64,000 bases of DNA from Candidatus Ratteibacteria bacterium (GTDB lineage Bacteria > Ratteibacteria > UBA8468 > B48-G9 > JAFGKM01), in the NCBI GenBank assembly GCA_046296715.1, contig JBKBIN010000002.1, positions 14,011 through 78,010 on the forward strand, read 5' to 3'. The notes under the pieces are model-generated. The model did not search any database. It saw only the letters and a list, made by a program, of their open reading frames with translations, and was not told where the DNA came from. Within the stretch, counting starts at the first letter, position 1, and each line of letters begins with the position of its first letter. The position numbers were made by a program, and so were the translations under genes. Below are positions 47,711 through 56,904 of the stretch, piece after piece.

Positions 47711-48411
47711 TAGATCCAAGATTAAGATTGATAATAGGATTTGTTTATTCAATATTTGTTGCACTTGAAAAAAATTTTTGTTTGTTCAGATATTATTCTA
47801 TCTTACCTATATTTTTACTTTTTTTTATCACTGATTTTAAGAAATTTTTAAAGGGCTTTATTTCTGTTAATTTTTTTATAATTTTAATGTGGATTTTTCT
47901 ACCTTTTAGTTTTTCTGGAAAAGAAGTTCTTAAAATTTTAAAATTTTCAGCAACTTATGAAGGGATAAGATATGCCACTTTAATAACGATAAAATCAAAC
48001 TTAATTTTCATAACAAATTTTATTTTAATTTTTTCCTCCCATCCAATAATAACAATACATGCTCTTCATCATTTACATGTACCAAGAAAACTTGTCAATA
48101 TCTTCTTTCTTTCAACAAGGTATATACCTGTTATTGAAGAAGAGAAAAATAGATTAGAAAGAGCAATGAAAATGAGATGTTTTAAGCCTAAAAACGACCT
48201 TCACACATATAAAACAATTGGAAACTTATTTGGTCTTATTGTTTTAAGAGCGTATGAAAAAAGTAAAACAATATATAAAGCAATGATTTTGAGAAACTTT
48301 TCAGGTATATTCTGGACATATCACCATTTTAAATGGGAAAAAAGAGACACTTTTTTCTGTCTTTGTGCTATAATTTATTTTTTATGGATAATTTACTTAA
48401 AACTCCATTAA
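47707..48411 (+). CDS. cbiQ: ECF transporter transmembrane subunit CbiQ/EcfT
   Basis: Multi-TM. MIDPRLRLIIGFVYSIF... Sits between cbiM and cbiO. Confidence 0.65.
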   Translation: MIDPRLRLIIGFVYSIFVALEKNFCLFRYYSILPIFLLFFITDFKKFLKGFISVNFFIILMWIFLPFSFSGKEVLKILKFSATYEGIRYATLITIKSNLIFITNFILIFSSHPIITIHALHHLHVPRKLVNIFFLSTRYIPVIEEEKNRLERAMKMRCFKPKNDLHTYKTIGNLFGLIVLRAYEKSKTIYKAMILRNFSGIFWTYHHFKWEKRDTFFCLCAIIYFLWIIYLKLH

Positions 48412-49052
48412 TTGAATTAAAAGAAATTAAAGTTTCATATCCTGAAACTGGAACAGTTTTAGATAATCTTTCCCTTATAATTTATAAAGATGATAGAATA
48501 GGTATAAAAGGAGCAAATGGTTCTGGAAAAACAACCTTACTTTATACAATTGTAGGACTTGTAAGACCGGAAAAGGGAGAAATAAAAATTTTTGGTAAAA
48601 TAATGAAGAATGAAAAGGATTTTGTAGAAGTAAGGAAAAAAATAGGTTTCTTATTTCAAAATTCAGACGATCAATTATTTTCTCCAACTGTTGAAGAAGA
48701 TATTGCATTTGGTCCATTAAATTTAAGATTACAAAAAGAAGTTGTAAAAAAAAGAGTGGAAGAAACAATTAAATTACTTGGGATTGAAAAATTAAGACAT
48801 AGATTTCCTCAAAATCTATCTTATGGAGAAAAAAGAATTGTGGCAATATCAACAATTTTATCTATGAAACCAGATATATATTTACTTGATGAACCAACAA
48901 CAGGACTTGATGAAAAAACAACTGAAAAAATAGAGAAATTTTTAATAGAAAATGATTTAACTTATTGTGTCGTCTCCCACGATTTATATTTTATAAAGAG
49001 TGTATGCAATAAAATTTATATCCTTGAAAAAGGGAAAATCTATCCTTTATAG
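48384..49052 (+). CDS. cbiO: ECF transporter ATPase CbiO/EcfA (ABC ATP-binding)
   Basis: Walker A GANGSGKTTLLYT. ABC signature LSYGEKRIVAI. Walker B IYLLDEPT. Start moved to the internal ATG at 48384, which reduces the overlap with cbiQ. Confidence 0.8.
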   Translation: MDNLLKTPLIELKEIKVSYPETGTVLDNLSLIIYKDDRIGIKGANGSGKTTLLYTIVGLVRPEKGEIKIFGKIMKNEKDFVEVRKKIGFLFQNSDDQLFSPTVEEDIAFGPLNLRLQKEVVKKRVEETIKLLGIEKLRHRFPQNLSYGEKRIVAISTILSMKPDIYLLDEPTTGLDEKTTEKIEKFLIENDLTYCVVSHDLYFIKSVCNKIYILEKGKIYPL

Positions 49053-49081
49053 TTTTTCCTGTTTGTGTTAAACTTATATTT

Positions 49082-49732
49082 ATGATTAAAATTGCTCCTT
49101 CTTTATTAAGTGCTGATTTTGCATCTTTGGGAGAGGAAGTGAAAAAGGTAACATCTGCTGGTGCTGATTTAATTCATTTTGATGTTATGGATGGCCATTT
49201 TGTTCCAAATTTAACTTTTGGACCAATGGTCCTTGCTGCAATAAGAAAATACTCACATTTACCTTTTGAAGCACATTTAATGATAACAAATCCTGAAAAA
49301 TACTGGAAAAATTTTGCAGATTCAGGAGCAGATATTATAGGTATACATATAGAATGCGAAATTGACCATATATCAATAATTAAAGAAATACAGAAATATG
49401 GAAAGAAGGTATGTATAGTTATAAATCCTCCGACTCCTGTTGAAAAGATATACCCTTTTTTAGAAATAGTTGATATGGTTCTGGTTATGACAGTCAATCC
49501 TGGTTTTGGTGGTCAGAAATTTATATATGAGATGGTGGAAAAAATAAGAAAAATCAATAAAATTAGAAAAGAGAAAAATTTAAACTTTGAAATAGAGGTT
49601 GATGGTGGAATAAATGAAAAAACAAGTAAGATTGTAATTGAAAATGGGGTTGATATTCTTGTTGCAGGGAATTATATTTTTTCTGGGAAAAATTACAAAG
49701 AAAGGATTGAGAGTTTAAGATGGAAAAAATAG
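49082..49732 (+). CDS. rpe: Ribulose-phosphate 3-epimerase
   Basis: MIKIAPSLLSADFASLGEEV...HFDVMDGHFVPNLTFGP. Confidence 0.9.
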   Translation: MIKIAPSLLSADFASLGEEVKKVTSAGADLIHFDVMDGHFVPNLTFGPMVLAAIRKYSHLPFEAHLMITNPEKYWKNFADSGADIIGIHIECEIDHISIIKEIQKYGKKVCIVINPPTPVEKIYPFLEIVDMVLVMTVNPGFGGQKFIYEMVEKIRKINKIRKEKNLNFEIEVDGGINEKTSKIVIENGVDILVAGNYIFSGKNYKERIESLRWKK

Positions 49733-50910
49733 ATTTTGAAGGTTTGAAAAAAATATTAAAAAGAGAGCAAGAGAATATTGAAAATGATGTTAGAGAAATA
49801 ATAGAAAAAATAAGAAAAGAAAAGGATAAAGCAATATTTTATTTTACAGAAAAGTTTGATAAAGTTAAACTTGAAAAACTGAAGATTACACAAAAGGAAA
49901 TTCAAGAAAGTAAAAGATATTTAAAAGGTGAAGTTTTTGATTATATTAAAAAAGCGAAAGAAAGGATAGAAAGATACCATAAAAAACAACTACCGAAAGG
50001 ATTCAAAATAAAGGAAAAGGATATTGAGATTGAATTTAAATATTCACCAATTGAAAAAGTTGGTATATATATTCCTGGTGGACAGGCACCTTTAATATCA
50101 ACTATTTTAATGACTGTAATACCAGCAAAAATTGCAGGTGTTAAAGAGATATATATTTGTTCACCACCTTCTTATAATGGAAATATACACCCTTTAATTA
50201 TTGCTACATCAGATTATTTTGGAATTAAAAATATTTTTTCAATTGGTGGGGTCTGTGCAATAAGTGCATTTGCTTTTGGGACAGAAACAGTCCCAAAAGT
50301 TGACTTGGTGTGTGGACCTGGAAATAAATATGTAAATTGTGCAAAAAAGTTATTATATGGACAAGTTGGCATTGATTTACCAGCAGGACCAAGTGAAGTT
50401 GTTATTTTTTCAGATGATTCTGGTAAAATTGATTTTATTGAATATGACCTTAAAGCACAAATGGAACATACAGATGGACTTGGAATTTTTATTACAACAG
50501 ATCAAAAACTTGGAAATTTATTATCGGAAAAAGTTGAAAATGGATATTGTATAATTGTTAAAAATGAAAAGGAAGCAATTGAAATGATAAATTATATATG
50601 TCCTGAACATTTACAGGTATTTTCTAAAAAACCAAACCTCTTTAAAAATTGTAAAGCAGGAGCAATATTTATAGGCGATTATTCTCCTGCAACAATTGGT
50701 GATTATTTTGCCGGTCCATCCCATGTTCTACCAACTGGACAAACAGCAAGATTTTCCTCTGGAATTTCTGTTTTAACTTTTTTGAGAAGTTATGCAATTG
50801 TTAAATGTAAAGAAAAATTTATAAAAAAATTTGGAAAACAAATAGAAAAAATAGCAGAAATAGAAGGACTTTTAAACCATAAAACCACAATAAAAATTAG
50901 AAATTTATAG
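49720..50910 (+). CDS. hisD: Histidinol dehydrogenase
   Basis: IPGGQAPLISTILMTVIPAKIAGV and CGPGNKYVNCAKKLLYGQVGIDLPAGPSEV are HisD motifs. Confidence 0.8.
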   Translation: MEKIDFEGLKKILKREQENIENDVREIIEKIRKEKDKAIFYFTEKFDKVKLEKLKITQKEIQESKRYLKGEVFDYIKKAKERIERYHKKQLPKGFKIKEKDIEIEFKYSPIEKVGIYIPGGQAPLISTILMTVIPAKIAGVKEIYICSPPSYNGNIHPLIIATSDYFGIKNIFSIGGVCAISAFAFGTETVPKVDLVCGPGNKYVNCAKKLLYGQVGIDLPAGPSEVVIFSDDSGKIDFIEYDLKAQMEHTDGLGIFITTDQKLGNLLSEKVENGYCIIVKNEKEAIEMINYICPEHLQVFSKKPNLFKNCKAGAIFIGDYSPATIGDYFAGPSHVLPTGQTARFSSGISVLTFLRSYAIVKCKEKFIKKFGKQIEKIAEIEGLLNHKTTIKIRNL

Positions 50911-51149
50911 TTTTAAAGGTTTTCCTTCTTTTGCTGATTGATCTGCTTTAAAAATAATTCTATGGACAATTGCAGCATCTTCAATATCAGGGAAAGGTTT
51001 TTTATCGTTCAAAATACAATCAACAAAATGATTAACTTCTCCTTCAAATGGATGGTGTCTCACATCTCCACTATCTGGCAAAATTGTTGGAATTGTTATA
51101 TAACCAATTTGGCCTGGAAATCTTTCAGGAGCATAAATATTATTATTTC

Positions 51150-51929
51150 TTATTGTTTTGTTCCTTTTGAACCAAATAATTCAATATTAAAAATATATGG
51201 TGTCTTACAATCAAGAGAAGAAGCAACCTTACCAATTGAATTATCCTCAAATCTTATTAAAGTTACGCTTGTTGGGTCATATTCATATTCTTTAAAATCT
51301 TGATTTTTGCTTCTTGTTGAAAAAGAAAATACCTCAACTGCTTTTTTATTCATAAACCATAATAAAGCATCTAAGGCATGACATCCAGCAGAAAGTAAGG
51401 AACTTCCTCCAACATCCTTTTTTATATTCCACCAATATTGCTTATACCATGGACCTATTCCATGAAAATAATCTACTTCTGCATAATAAATTTCTCCAAT
51501 TGTATTATCCTTTAAAAGTTTATCAATTGTCATTAAAAGAGGATTCCAATGTAAAACAAAACTCACAAGTGTCTTAACTCTATTTTTTCTAACAACTTTA
51601 AGCATCCTATTCAAATCATCTTCATTTAAAGCAATAGGTTTTTCAATCAAAATATGCTTTTTATATTCAGCAGCAATAATTGTTTGTTCTGGATGTAAAT
51701 TATTTGGAGTACATATTGAAACAATATCTATCTCTTCTTTCTTTAACATTTCTTCATAATCAGTATAAATTTTTGCAGAGAAACCATATTCCTTTAATTT
51801 TTTTTCAGCAGATTCTTTTGTCCTTCCACAAACAGCAACAAGTTCACAATTTGGATTCTGAACAAAAGCAGACATATGCTCACCTGAAACCCATCCAGTC
51901 CCAACTATTCCAACTTTCAATTTTATCAT
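51150..51929 (-). CDS. Gfo/Idh/MocA-family NAD(P)-dependent oxidoreductase. This is the N-terminal 259 codons of a gene interrupted by a -1 frameshift; the C-terminal 81 codons continue in another frame to 50905.
   Basis: Rossmann N-terminus KVGIVGTGWVSGEHM. The ORF ends ELFGSKGTKQ-stop at the run ACAAAACAA. A different minus frame reads TIRNNNIYAPERFPGQIGYITIPTILPDSGDVRHHPFEGEVNHFVDCILNDKKPF...SAKEGKPLKL-stop at 50905-50907, the canonical Gfo/Idh/MocA C-terminus. Confidence 0.7.
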   Translation of the reverse strand: MIKLKVGIVGTGWVSGEHMSAFVQNPNCELVAVCGRTKESAEKKLKEYGFSAKIYTDYEEMLKKEEIDIVSICTPNNLHPEQTIIAAEYKKHILIEKPIALNEDDLNRMLKVVRKNRVKTLVSFVLHWNPLLMTIDKLLKDNTIGEIYYAEVDYFHGIGPWYKQYWWNIKKDVGGSSLLSAGCHALDALLWFMNKKAVEVFSFSTRSKNQDFKEYEYDPTSVTLIRFEDNSIGKVASSLDCKTPYIFNIELFGSKGTKQ

Positions 51930-52032
51930 TTTAACTCTCCTATTTGTTTTAGTTAAATTTTTCTCTCTTGTCTATATAATAATACTATTTTTGACAAAAC
52001 AGGCAATTTGAGTTAATTTTTAAAACATAAAA

Positions 52033-52995
52033 ATGAGAAAAAAACCAGTAATTTGTGTAGTTGGTTCTTCAAATGTTGATTTAGTTGTAAAAACTTCTAC
52101 TTATCCTTCTGGGGGCGAAACAGTTATTGGAGATAAATTTTTTATTTGTCCTGGTGGAAAAGGAGCAAATCAGGCAGTAGTGGCTTCAAGATTAGGGGCT
52201 AAAGTAAATTTTATTTCCTGTATTGGAAATGATTTTTTTGGTGATTTAATTCTTAACAATTTAAGAAAAGAAAAAATAGAAACTAATTCTATCATTCGTA
52301 AACCTAAAATTTCTTCAGGCGTAGCATTAATTATTGTGGATAAAAAAGGTGAAAATGCCATTGTTGTTAGTCCTGGTGCAAATTATAAATTAAATAAAAA
52401 AGATATTGAAAAAAATAAAAAATATATTCAATCAGCAGATATACTTGTTCTTCAATTAGAAATTCCTATATCTACTGTTCAATATGCTATAAAAATTGCA
52501 AAAGAAAAAGATATACCGGTTATTCTAAATCCAGCACCAGCAAGAAGAATTACTGATAGTTTATTAAAAGAAGTAGATATTCTTACTCCAAATCAAAATG
52601 AACTGGAAAAATTAACTGACGAAAAATTAAACTCAATAGAATCAATAAAAAAAGCATCTTATAAATTAATAAATAAAGGAATAAAGGTAGTTGTGGTTAC
52701 ATTAGGAGAAAAAGGAGCATTATTGACTACAAAAGATTTATGTGAGTTGGTCCCTTCTATAAAAGTAAAAACAGTAGATACAACAGGTGCAGGAGATGCT
52801 TTTAATGGAGCCCTTTCTTTTGCAATTGCCAAACAGATGGATTTGAAAAAAGCAGTATATTTTGCAAATATTGTTGCTGCTTTATCAGTTAAAAAATTTG
52901 GAGCACAATCATCTCCAACAATTTCAGAAGTTAAAAAGTTTTTGAAAAATTTAAAATTGACATTAAAAGAAAAAATAAATAAAATTTTACTTTAA
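52033..52995 (+). CDS. rbsK: Ribokinase (PfkB family)
   Basis: [19 protein letters not shown] and [13 protein letters not shown] are the PfkB/ribokinase motifs. Confidence 0.8.
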   Translation: MRKKPVICVVGSSNVDLVVKTSTYPSGGETVIGDKFFICPGGKGANQAVVASRLGAKVNFISCIGNDFFGDLILNNLRKEKIETNSIIRKPKISSGVALIIVDKKGENAIVVSPGANYKLNKKDIEKNKKYIQSADILVLQLEIPISTVQYAIKIAKEKDIPVILNPAPARRITDSLLKEVDILTPNQNELEKLTDEKLNSIESIKKASYKLINKGIKVVVVTLGEKGALLTTKDLCELVPSIKVKTVDTTGAGDAFNGALSFAIAKQMDLKKAVYFANIVAALSVKKFGAQSSPTISEVKKFLKNLKLTLKEKINKILL

Positions 52996-53005
52996 ATTTA
53001 TAAAA

Positions 53006-53665
53006 ATGAAAAAGAAAATTTCAGGATTTACATTGATTGAATTGCTTGTTGTAATTGGAATAGTTGCAATTCTTGCTGGTATACTTTTACCTGCACTAAA
53101 TAAAGCAAGAGAAAAAGCAAGACAGGCAACTTGTACAAATAATTTAAAACAAATATATATTGCTCTTGAAATCTATGCAAATGATAATGAAGATTTCTAT
53201 CCATTTTGTCAGGGAACTTGTTTCTGGCAAACAGGAAATATAAATCCTCCATATCCTGGATATCCTGGGTGGACAGAACAGTTATACCCATATGTAAAAA
53301 ATAAAAAGATATATAGATGTCCTACCTATCCAGTTAAAAATGATGAGTTTTCATATTTTTTGAGTGCAAGAGCAGCATATATTGATGCAGGAAATCAAAG
53401 AGCAGCAACTAACAGAAAAAAGATAAGATTTCCAAGTGCCTTTGTTCTTGCAGGAGATAATCAATATAAAAATTTCAGTGTTAATGATAATGATAAAGAT
53501 GATTACTCACAAAACTGTTTAAGTTGGATAGAAACACAATCTCACTGGAAACCATATCATCTTGGAGGATTAAATGTTCTATTTGCTGATGGCCATGTTA
53601 TTTGGATAAAAGAATATGACAGTCAAAAAATAACATTCAGATATTATGAATTTTCAAATTGGTAG
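53006..53665 (+). CDS. Prepilin-type N-terminal cleavage/methylation domain protein with C-terminal H-X9-DG motif (DUF1559 family)
   Basis: [25 protein letters not shown] is the class III signal/pilin N-terminus. C-terminal [14 protein letters not shown] is H-x9-DG. Confidence 0.8.
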   Translation: MKKKISGFTLIELLVVIGIVAILAGILLPALNKAREKARQATCTNNLKQIYIALEIYANDNEDFYPFCQGTCFWQTGNINPPYPGYPGWTEQLYPYVKNKKIYRCPTYPVKNDEFSYFLSARAAYIDAGNQRAATNRKKIRFPSAFVLAGDNQYKNFSVNDNDKDDYSQNCLSWIETQSHWKPYHLGGLNVLFADGHVIWIKEYDSQKITFRYYEFSNW

Positions 53666-53684
53666 AATATGTTAATATATTTAT

Positions 53685-54269
53685 ATGAAAAGAAAAGGAA
53701 TTTTTAAAAGGAAAACAAAAGAAACAGAAATTGAAATAGAAATTAATCTTGATGGACAAGGAGATTATAATATTACTACTCCTATTGGTTTTTTAAATCA
53801 TATGCTTGAGTTATTTTCAAAATTTTCGTCTTTTGATTTAAAAATTAAAGTCAAAGGAGATATTGAAGTTGATACACATCATATTATTGAAGATACTGGA
53901 ATATGTCTTGGCTCTGTTATAAAAGAAGCATTGAGAGATAAAAAGGGGATAAAAAGATTTGGTTTTTCTTCAACTCCTATGGATGAGGTTTTAGTTAATA
54001 TTTCACTTGATATCTCAGGAAGACCTTATCTTGTTTTTAATGTTCCTTTTATAAAAGGAAGAGAAGGAAGTTTTGAAATAGAAGATGCGAAAGAATTTTT
54101 GAAAGGTTTTGTTAATCATCTTGGACTTACTTTACATATAAATCTTGTTTATGGAGAAAATTTACATCATATATTTGAAGCAATTTTTAAAGGTCTTGGA
54201 CTTGCTTTGAAGGAAGCAGTAAAAATAGAAGGGAAAAAACTACCATCAACAAAAGGAAAAATTGACTGA
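53685..54269 (+). CDS. hisB: Imidazoleglycerol-phosphate dehydratase
   Basis: RKTKETEIEIEINLDG...DTHHIIEDTGI... is the canonical IGPD. Confidence 0.85.
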   Translation: MKRKGIFKRKTKETEIEIEINLDGQGDYNITTPIGFLNHMLELFSKFSSFDLKIKVKGDIEVDTHHIIEDTGICLGSVIKEALRDKKGIKRFGFSSTPMDEVLVNISLDISGRPYLVFNVPFIKGREGSFEIEDAKEFLKGFVNHLGLTLHINLVYGENLHHIFEAIFKGLGLALKEAVKIEGKKLPSTKGKID

Positions 54270-54594
54270 AATGGAAAGAAAGGATTTACCAAATCCAAGA
54301 ATTGCCGCATTACTTTCCTTTGTTTTTAATGGACTTGGACAGATTTATAATGGAGAGATAAAAAAGGGCCTTTCTTTAATATTTCTTTCTGGGGTTTCTC
54401 TTTTAATTTTAATTATAGGGGCTATTTTTATTTTCTATTTTATAAAAACCCTTCCACCAATAAGTTTCTTAATATGGGGTGTATGTCTCTTTTTCTTTGG
54501 TCTAACAGGAATGATAATTATTGGAATTTATAGTATTTCCGATGCATATAATACTGCAAGAAAAATAAGCCAAGAGAATGAAAGACAAACTTAA
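54262..54594 (+). CDS. Small integral membrane protein (2 TM), unknown function
   Basis: 110 aa. NGLGQIYNGEIKKG motif. Two hydrophobic helices. Overlaps hisB and xer by a few nt, so it sits in an operon. Confidence 0.35.
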   Translation: MTEMERKDLPNPRIAALLSFVFNGLGQIYNGEIKKGLSLIFLSGVSLLILIIGAIFIFYFIKTLPPISFLIWGVCLFFFGLTGMIIIGIYSISDAYNTARKISQENERQT

Positions 54595-55456
54595 AAAATT
54601 TATTGATTATCTTGCAAACCAAAAAAATTACTCAAAACATACATTAAAAGGATATAAAAAAGATATAAGTCAGTTTATTGAATTTTTAAGACAAAAGAAG
54701 ATTTCTGATTTTGAAAAAGTTGAATATGAAGACCTTATAAGTTTTATAAGCAAATTGAAAAATTCTGGTTTAAAAGAAAAAACAATTGGAAGAAAAGTTG
54801 CTTCTTTAAAATCGTTCTATAAATTTCTTGTCAGTAAAAAATTTATAAAGAAAAATCCAGCACTTTTAATTCAATCACCGAAAATCCCTGAAAAATTACC
54901 AAATTTTTTGACTTATAATGAAGTTATAAATCTTCTTGAAACACCTTTTAATAAAAAAAACTGGCAATCTTTAAGAGATAAAGCAATACTTGAAGTTTTA
55001 TATTCAACAGGGATAAGAGTAGGAGAACTTGTAAATTTAAAAATAGAGGATATTAATTTTGCAGATGAGGTAATAAAAGTAAAAGGGAAAGGAAAAAAAG
55101 AAAGGATTGTTCCAATTGGTAAGACAGCCCTTAATTGTTTAATTGAATATATTGAAAAAAGACCGAATAAAAAAGAAAGATTTGTTTTTTTGAATAAATA
55201 TGGAAAAAAGATTACCGAAAGGAGTGTTGAAAGAATTGTAAAGAAATATATGTTAATTTCCAAAATCAATAAAAACATTACTCCTCATACCTTAAGACAT
55301 ACATTTGCAACACATCTTCTTGATAGAGGAGCAGATTTAAGAACTGTTCAGGAATTGCTTGGACACGAAAGAATAACAACAACTCAAATTTATACACATC
55401 TAACTATAGAAAAACTAAAGCAATTATATGAAAAATTTCATCCAAGAGGTAAATAA
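54578..55456 (+). CDS. xerC: Tyrosine recombinase XerC/XerD
   Basis: C-terminal HTLRHTFATHLLDRGADLRTVQELLGHERITTTQIYTHL carries the R..H-R-H...Y catalytic residues. 292 aa. Confidence 0.8.
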   Translation: MKDKLKKFIDYLANQKNYSKHTLKGYKKDISQFIEFLRQKKISDFEKVEYEDLISFISKLKNSGLKEKTIGRKVASLKSFYKFLVSKKFIKKNPALLIQSPKIPEKLPNFLTYNEVINLLETPFNKKNWQSLRDKAILEVLYSTGIRVGELVNLKIEDINFADEVIKVKGKGKKERIVPIGKTALNCLIEYIEKRPNKKERFVFLNKYGKKITERSVERIVKKYMLISKINKNITPHTLRHTFATHLLDRGADLRTVQELLGHERITTTQIYTHLTIEKLKQLYEKFHPRGK

Positions 55457-56310
55457 TTTTTTAGAACTTTTCTTACTTCTTTTTCTTCTGGCTTTACTTC
55501 TCCAACTTCAATAAGATTCCATATTTCTTTATATTCAATTTTACTTTGTGGTTCAACAATTTTAAGTGGACTTAATGTCTCAAGTTCTAAAAATTTTGAA
55601 TTTGTGTATACTTCAACATTACAACCAAAATCAGGATATTCTCCTTCTTCAGTTTCAAAACTTTTAACAAATAAAAATCCATCAATATAATAAGCAACCC
55701 AGTTTTCATTTACATTTATACCTATTTTAAATGGTTCTTCAATCCCAATATCCTGTTTAACAAAAATAAAATTTTTATTCAAAATCAATCTTTTATCTGA
55801 AATATCTGTATATTGCCACAGTGAAATATGTCTATCAGGTAGAAGTCCATGCTTATCAACTTTTTTAGGTATCATTGGTATAATTGCAAATCCTCCTTTT
55901 TTCATAACAGATAAACACCATGCTGAAAGTTTTATAGGCCATCTTCCAATATTTTTTATTATATGATTTACTTCAAGCATCTGCCCTATTTTTTTTATCA
56001 CTATTTGCTTTTCAACAGAATTCTGTATTTCTGGATTGCCATAAATCTTTATTAATTCATCCAGTTGTTCAATTTTTACAGGTTTATCATCCAGAGAATA
56101 AGAACGTGGCTTGTCTTCAGGAGATGTCCACAATCTATGTCCACCATATATATGCCATTTTCCCTCTTCTGTATCAATTGTTAAATCAGGAAGAATTTCA
56201 AAAACATTCTTGTCAGGATATTTTTTTAAAGAAAAATGAATAATTCTTGGACCTATATCTTCTGGTATGCCTACAATAAAATTACCGATTTGAAATTCTC
56301 TTATCTTCAT
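55438..56310 (-). CDS. Hypothetical protein (possible epimerase-like beta-sandwich)
   Basis: 290 aa, no signal peptide. No motif I can name, other than HIYGGHRLW. Last gene of the efflux-containing minus-strand block. Confidence 0.25.
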   Translation of the reverse strand: MKIREFQIGNFIVGIPEDIGPRIIHFSLKKYPDKNVFEILPDLTIDTEEGKWHIYGGHRLWTSPEDKPRSYSLDDKPVKIEQLDELIKIYGNPEIQNSVEKQIVIKKIGQMLEVNHIIKNIGRWPIKLSAWCLSVMKKGGFAIIPMIPKKVDKHGLLPDRHISLWQYTDISDKRLILNKNFIFVKQDIGIEEPFKIGINVNENWVAYYIDGFLFVKSFETEEGEYPDFGCNVEVYTNSKFLELETLSPLKIVEPQSKIEYKEIWNLIEVGEVKPEEKEVRKVLKNYLPLG

Positions 56311-56329
56311 TTCCCCTCCTATTTTAGAT

Positions 56330-56845
56330 TTAAAAATTATACCCTATTCCAATTAGAAAAATTCTTGAATTAATACCTTCATTTGGCAATTTTATACCAG
56401 CATTTGAAACATGTCTAAATCTTCCTTCTGTATAAATTGAAAGTTTTTTAAGTTTAAATTTAAAACCAAGACCAATTGAAGTAGCAAAATTAAAATGTGT
56501 TGCTTGTTCTATAAAATCAGTTGAAAGATAAATTATTCCAGTTCCTATTTTTATATATGGTTGAAAATTGCTTTCAGAAAAACTATAAAGGGCAAAAAGC
56601 AAAATCCCAACTTCAAAATTATCAGAAGGACTTGATACATAAGCAATTGATGGTTCTATTTGAAAGAAAAAATTTTTAAAACCTTCTACTGGCTTTGTGA
56701 AATCAACTACAAATGTATTAAATCTATAACTTTTAGGATCTTGAATTTTAGTAAATCCATATCCTGTAAAAAAAGATGTGTTATAATTATCTGCAAAGCA
56801 ACATAAACACAAAAAAAGGAAAATCTTTAAAATCAGTTTTTTCAT
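56330..56845 (-). CDS. Lipid A 3-O-deacylase (PagL)-like outer-membrane beta-barrel protein
   Basis: Signal peptide. About 150-aa barrel. Near-C-terminal RFRHVSNAG (His-x-Ser catalytic dyad motif of the PagL family). Terminal aromatic GIGYNF. Confidence 0.5.
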   Translation of the reverse strand: MKKLILKIFLFLCLCCFADNYNTSFFTGYGFTKIQDPKSYRFNTFVVDFTKPVEGFKNFFFQIEPSIAYVSSPSDNFEVGILLFALYSFSESNFQPYIKIGTGIIYLSTDFIEQATHFNFATSIGLGFKFKLKKLSIYTEGRFRHVSNAGIKLPNEGINSRIFLIGIGYNF

Positions 56846-56904
56846 CTTTTTTTTAAATATATAATTCCCATTATAAATCTTTTCAAAATTTGATAAAACT
56901 CTTT

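Noticed and set aside
50938-51303. 121-aa plus-strand ORF overlapping the 3' part of the Gfo/Idh/MocA locus
   Set aside because: It is antisense to the frameshifted C-terminal half of the oxidoreductase, which translates into a clearly conserved family sequence on the minus strand.
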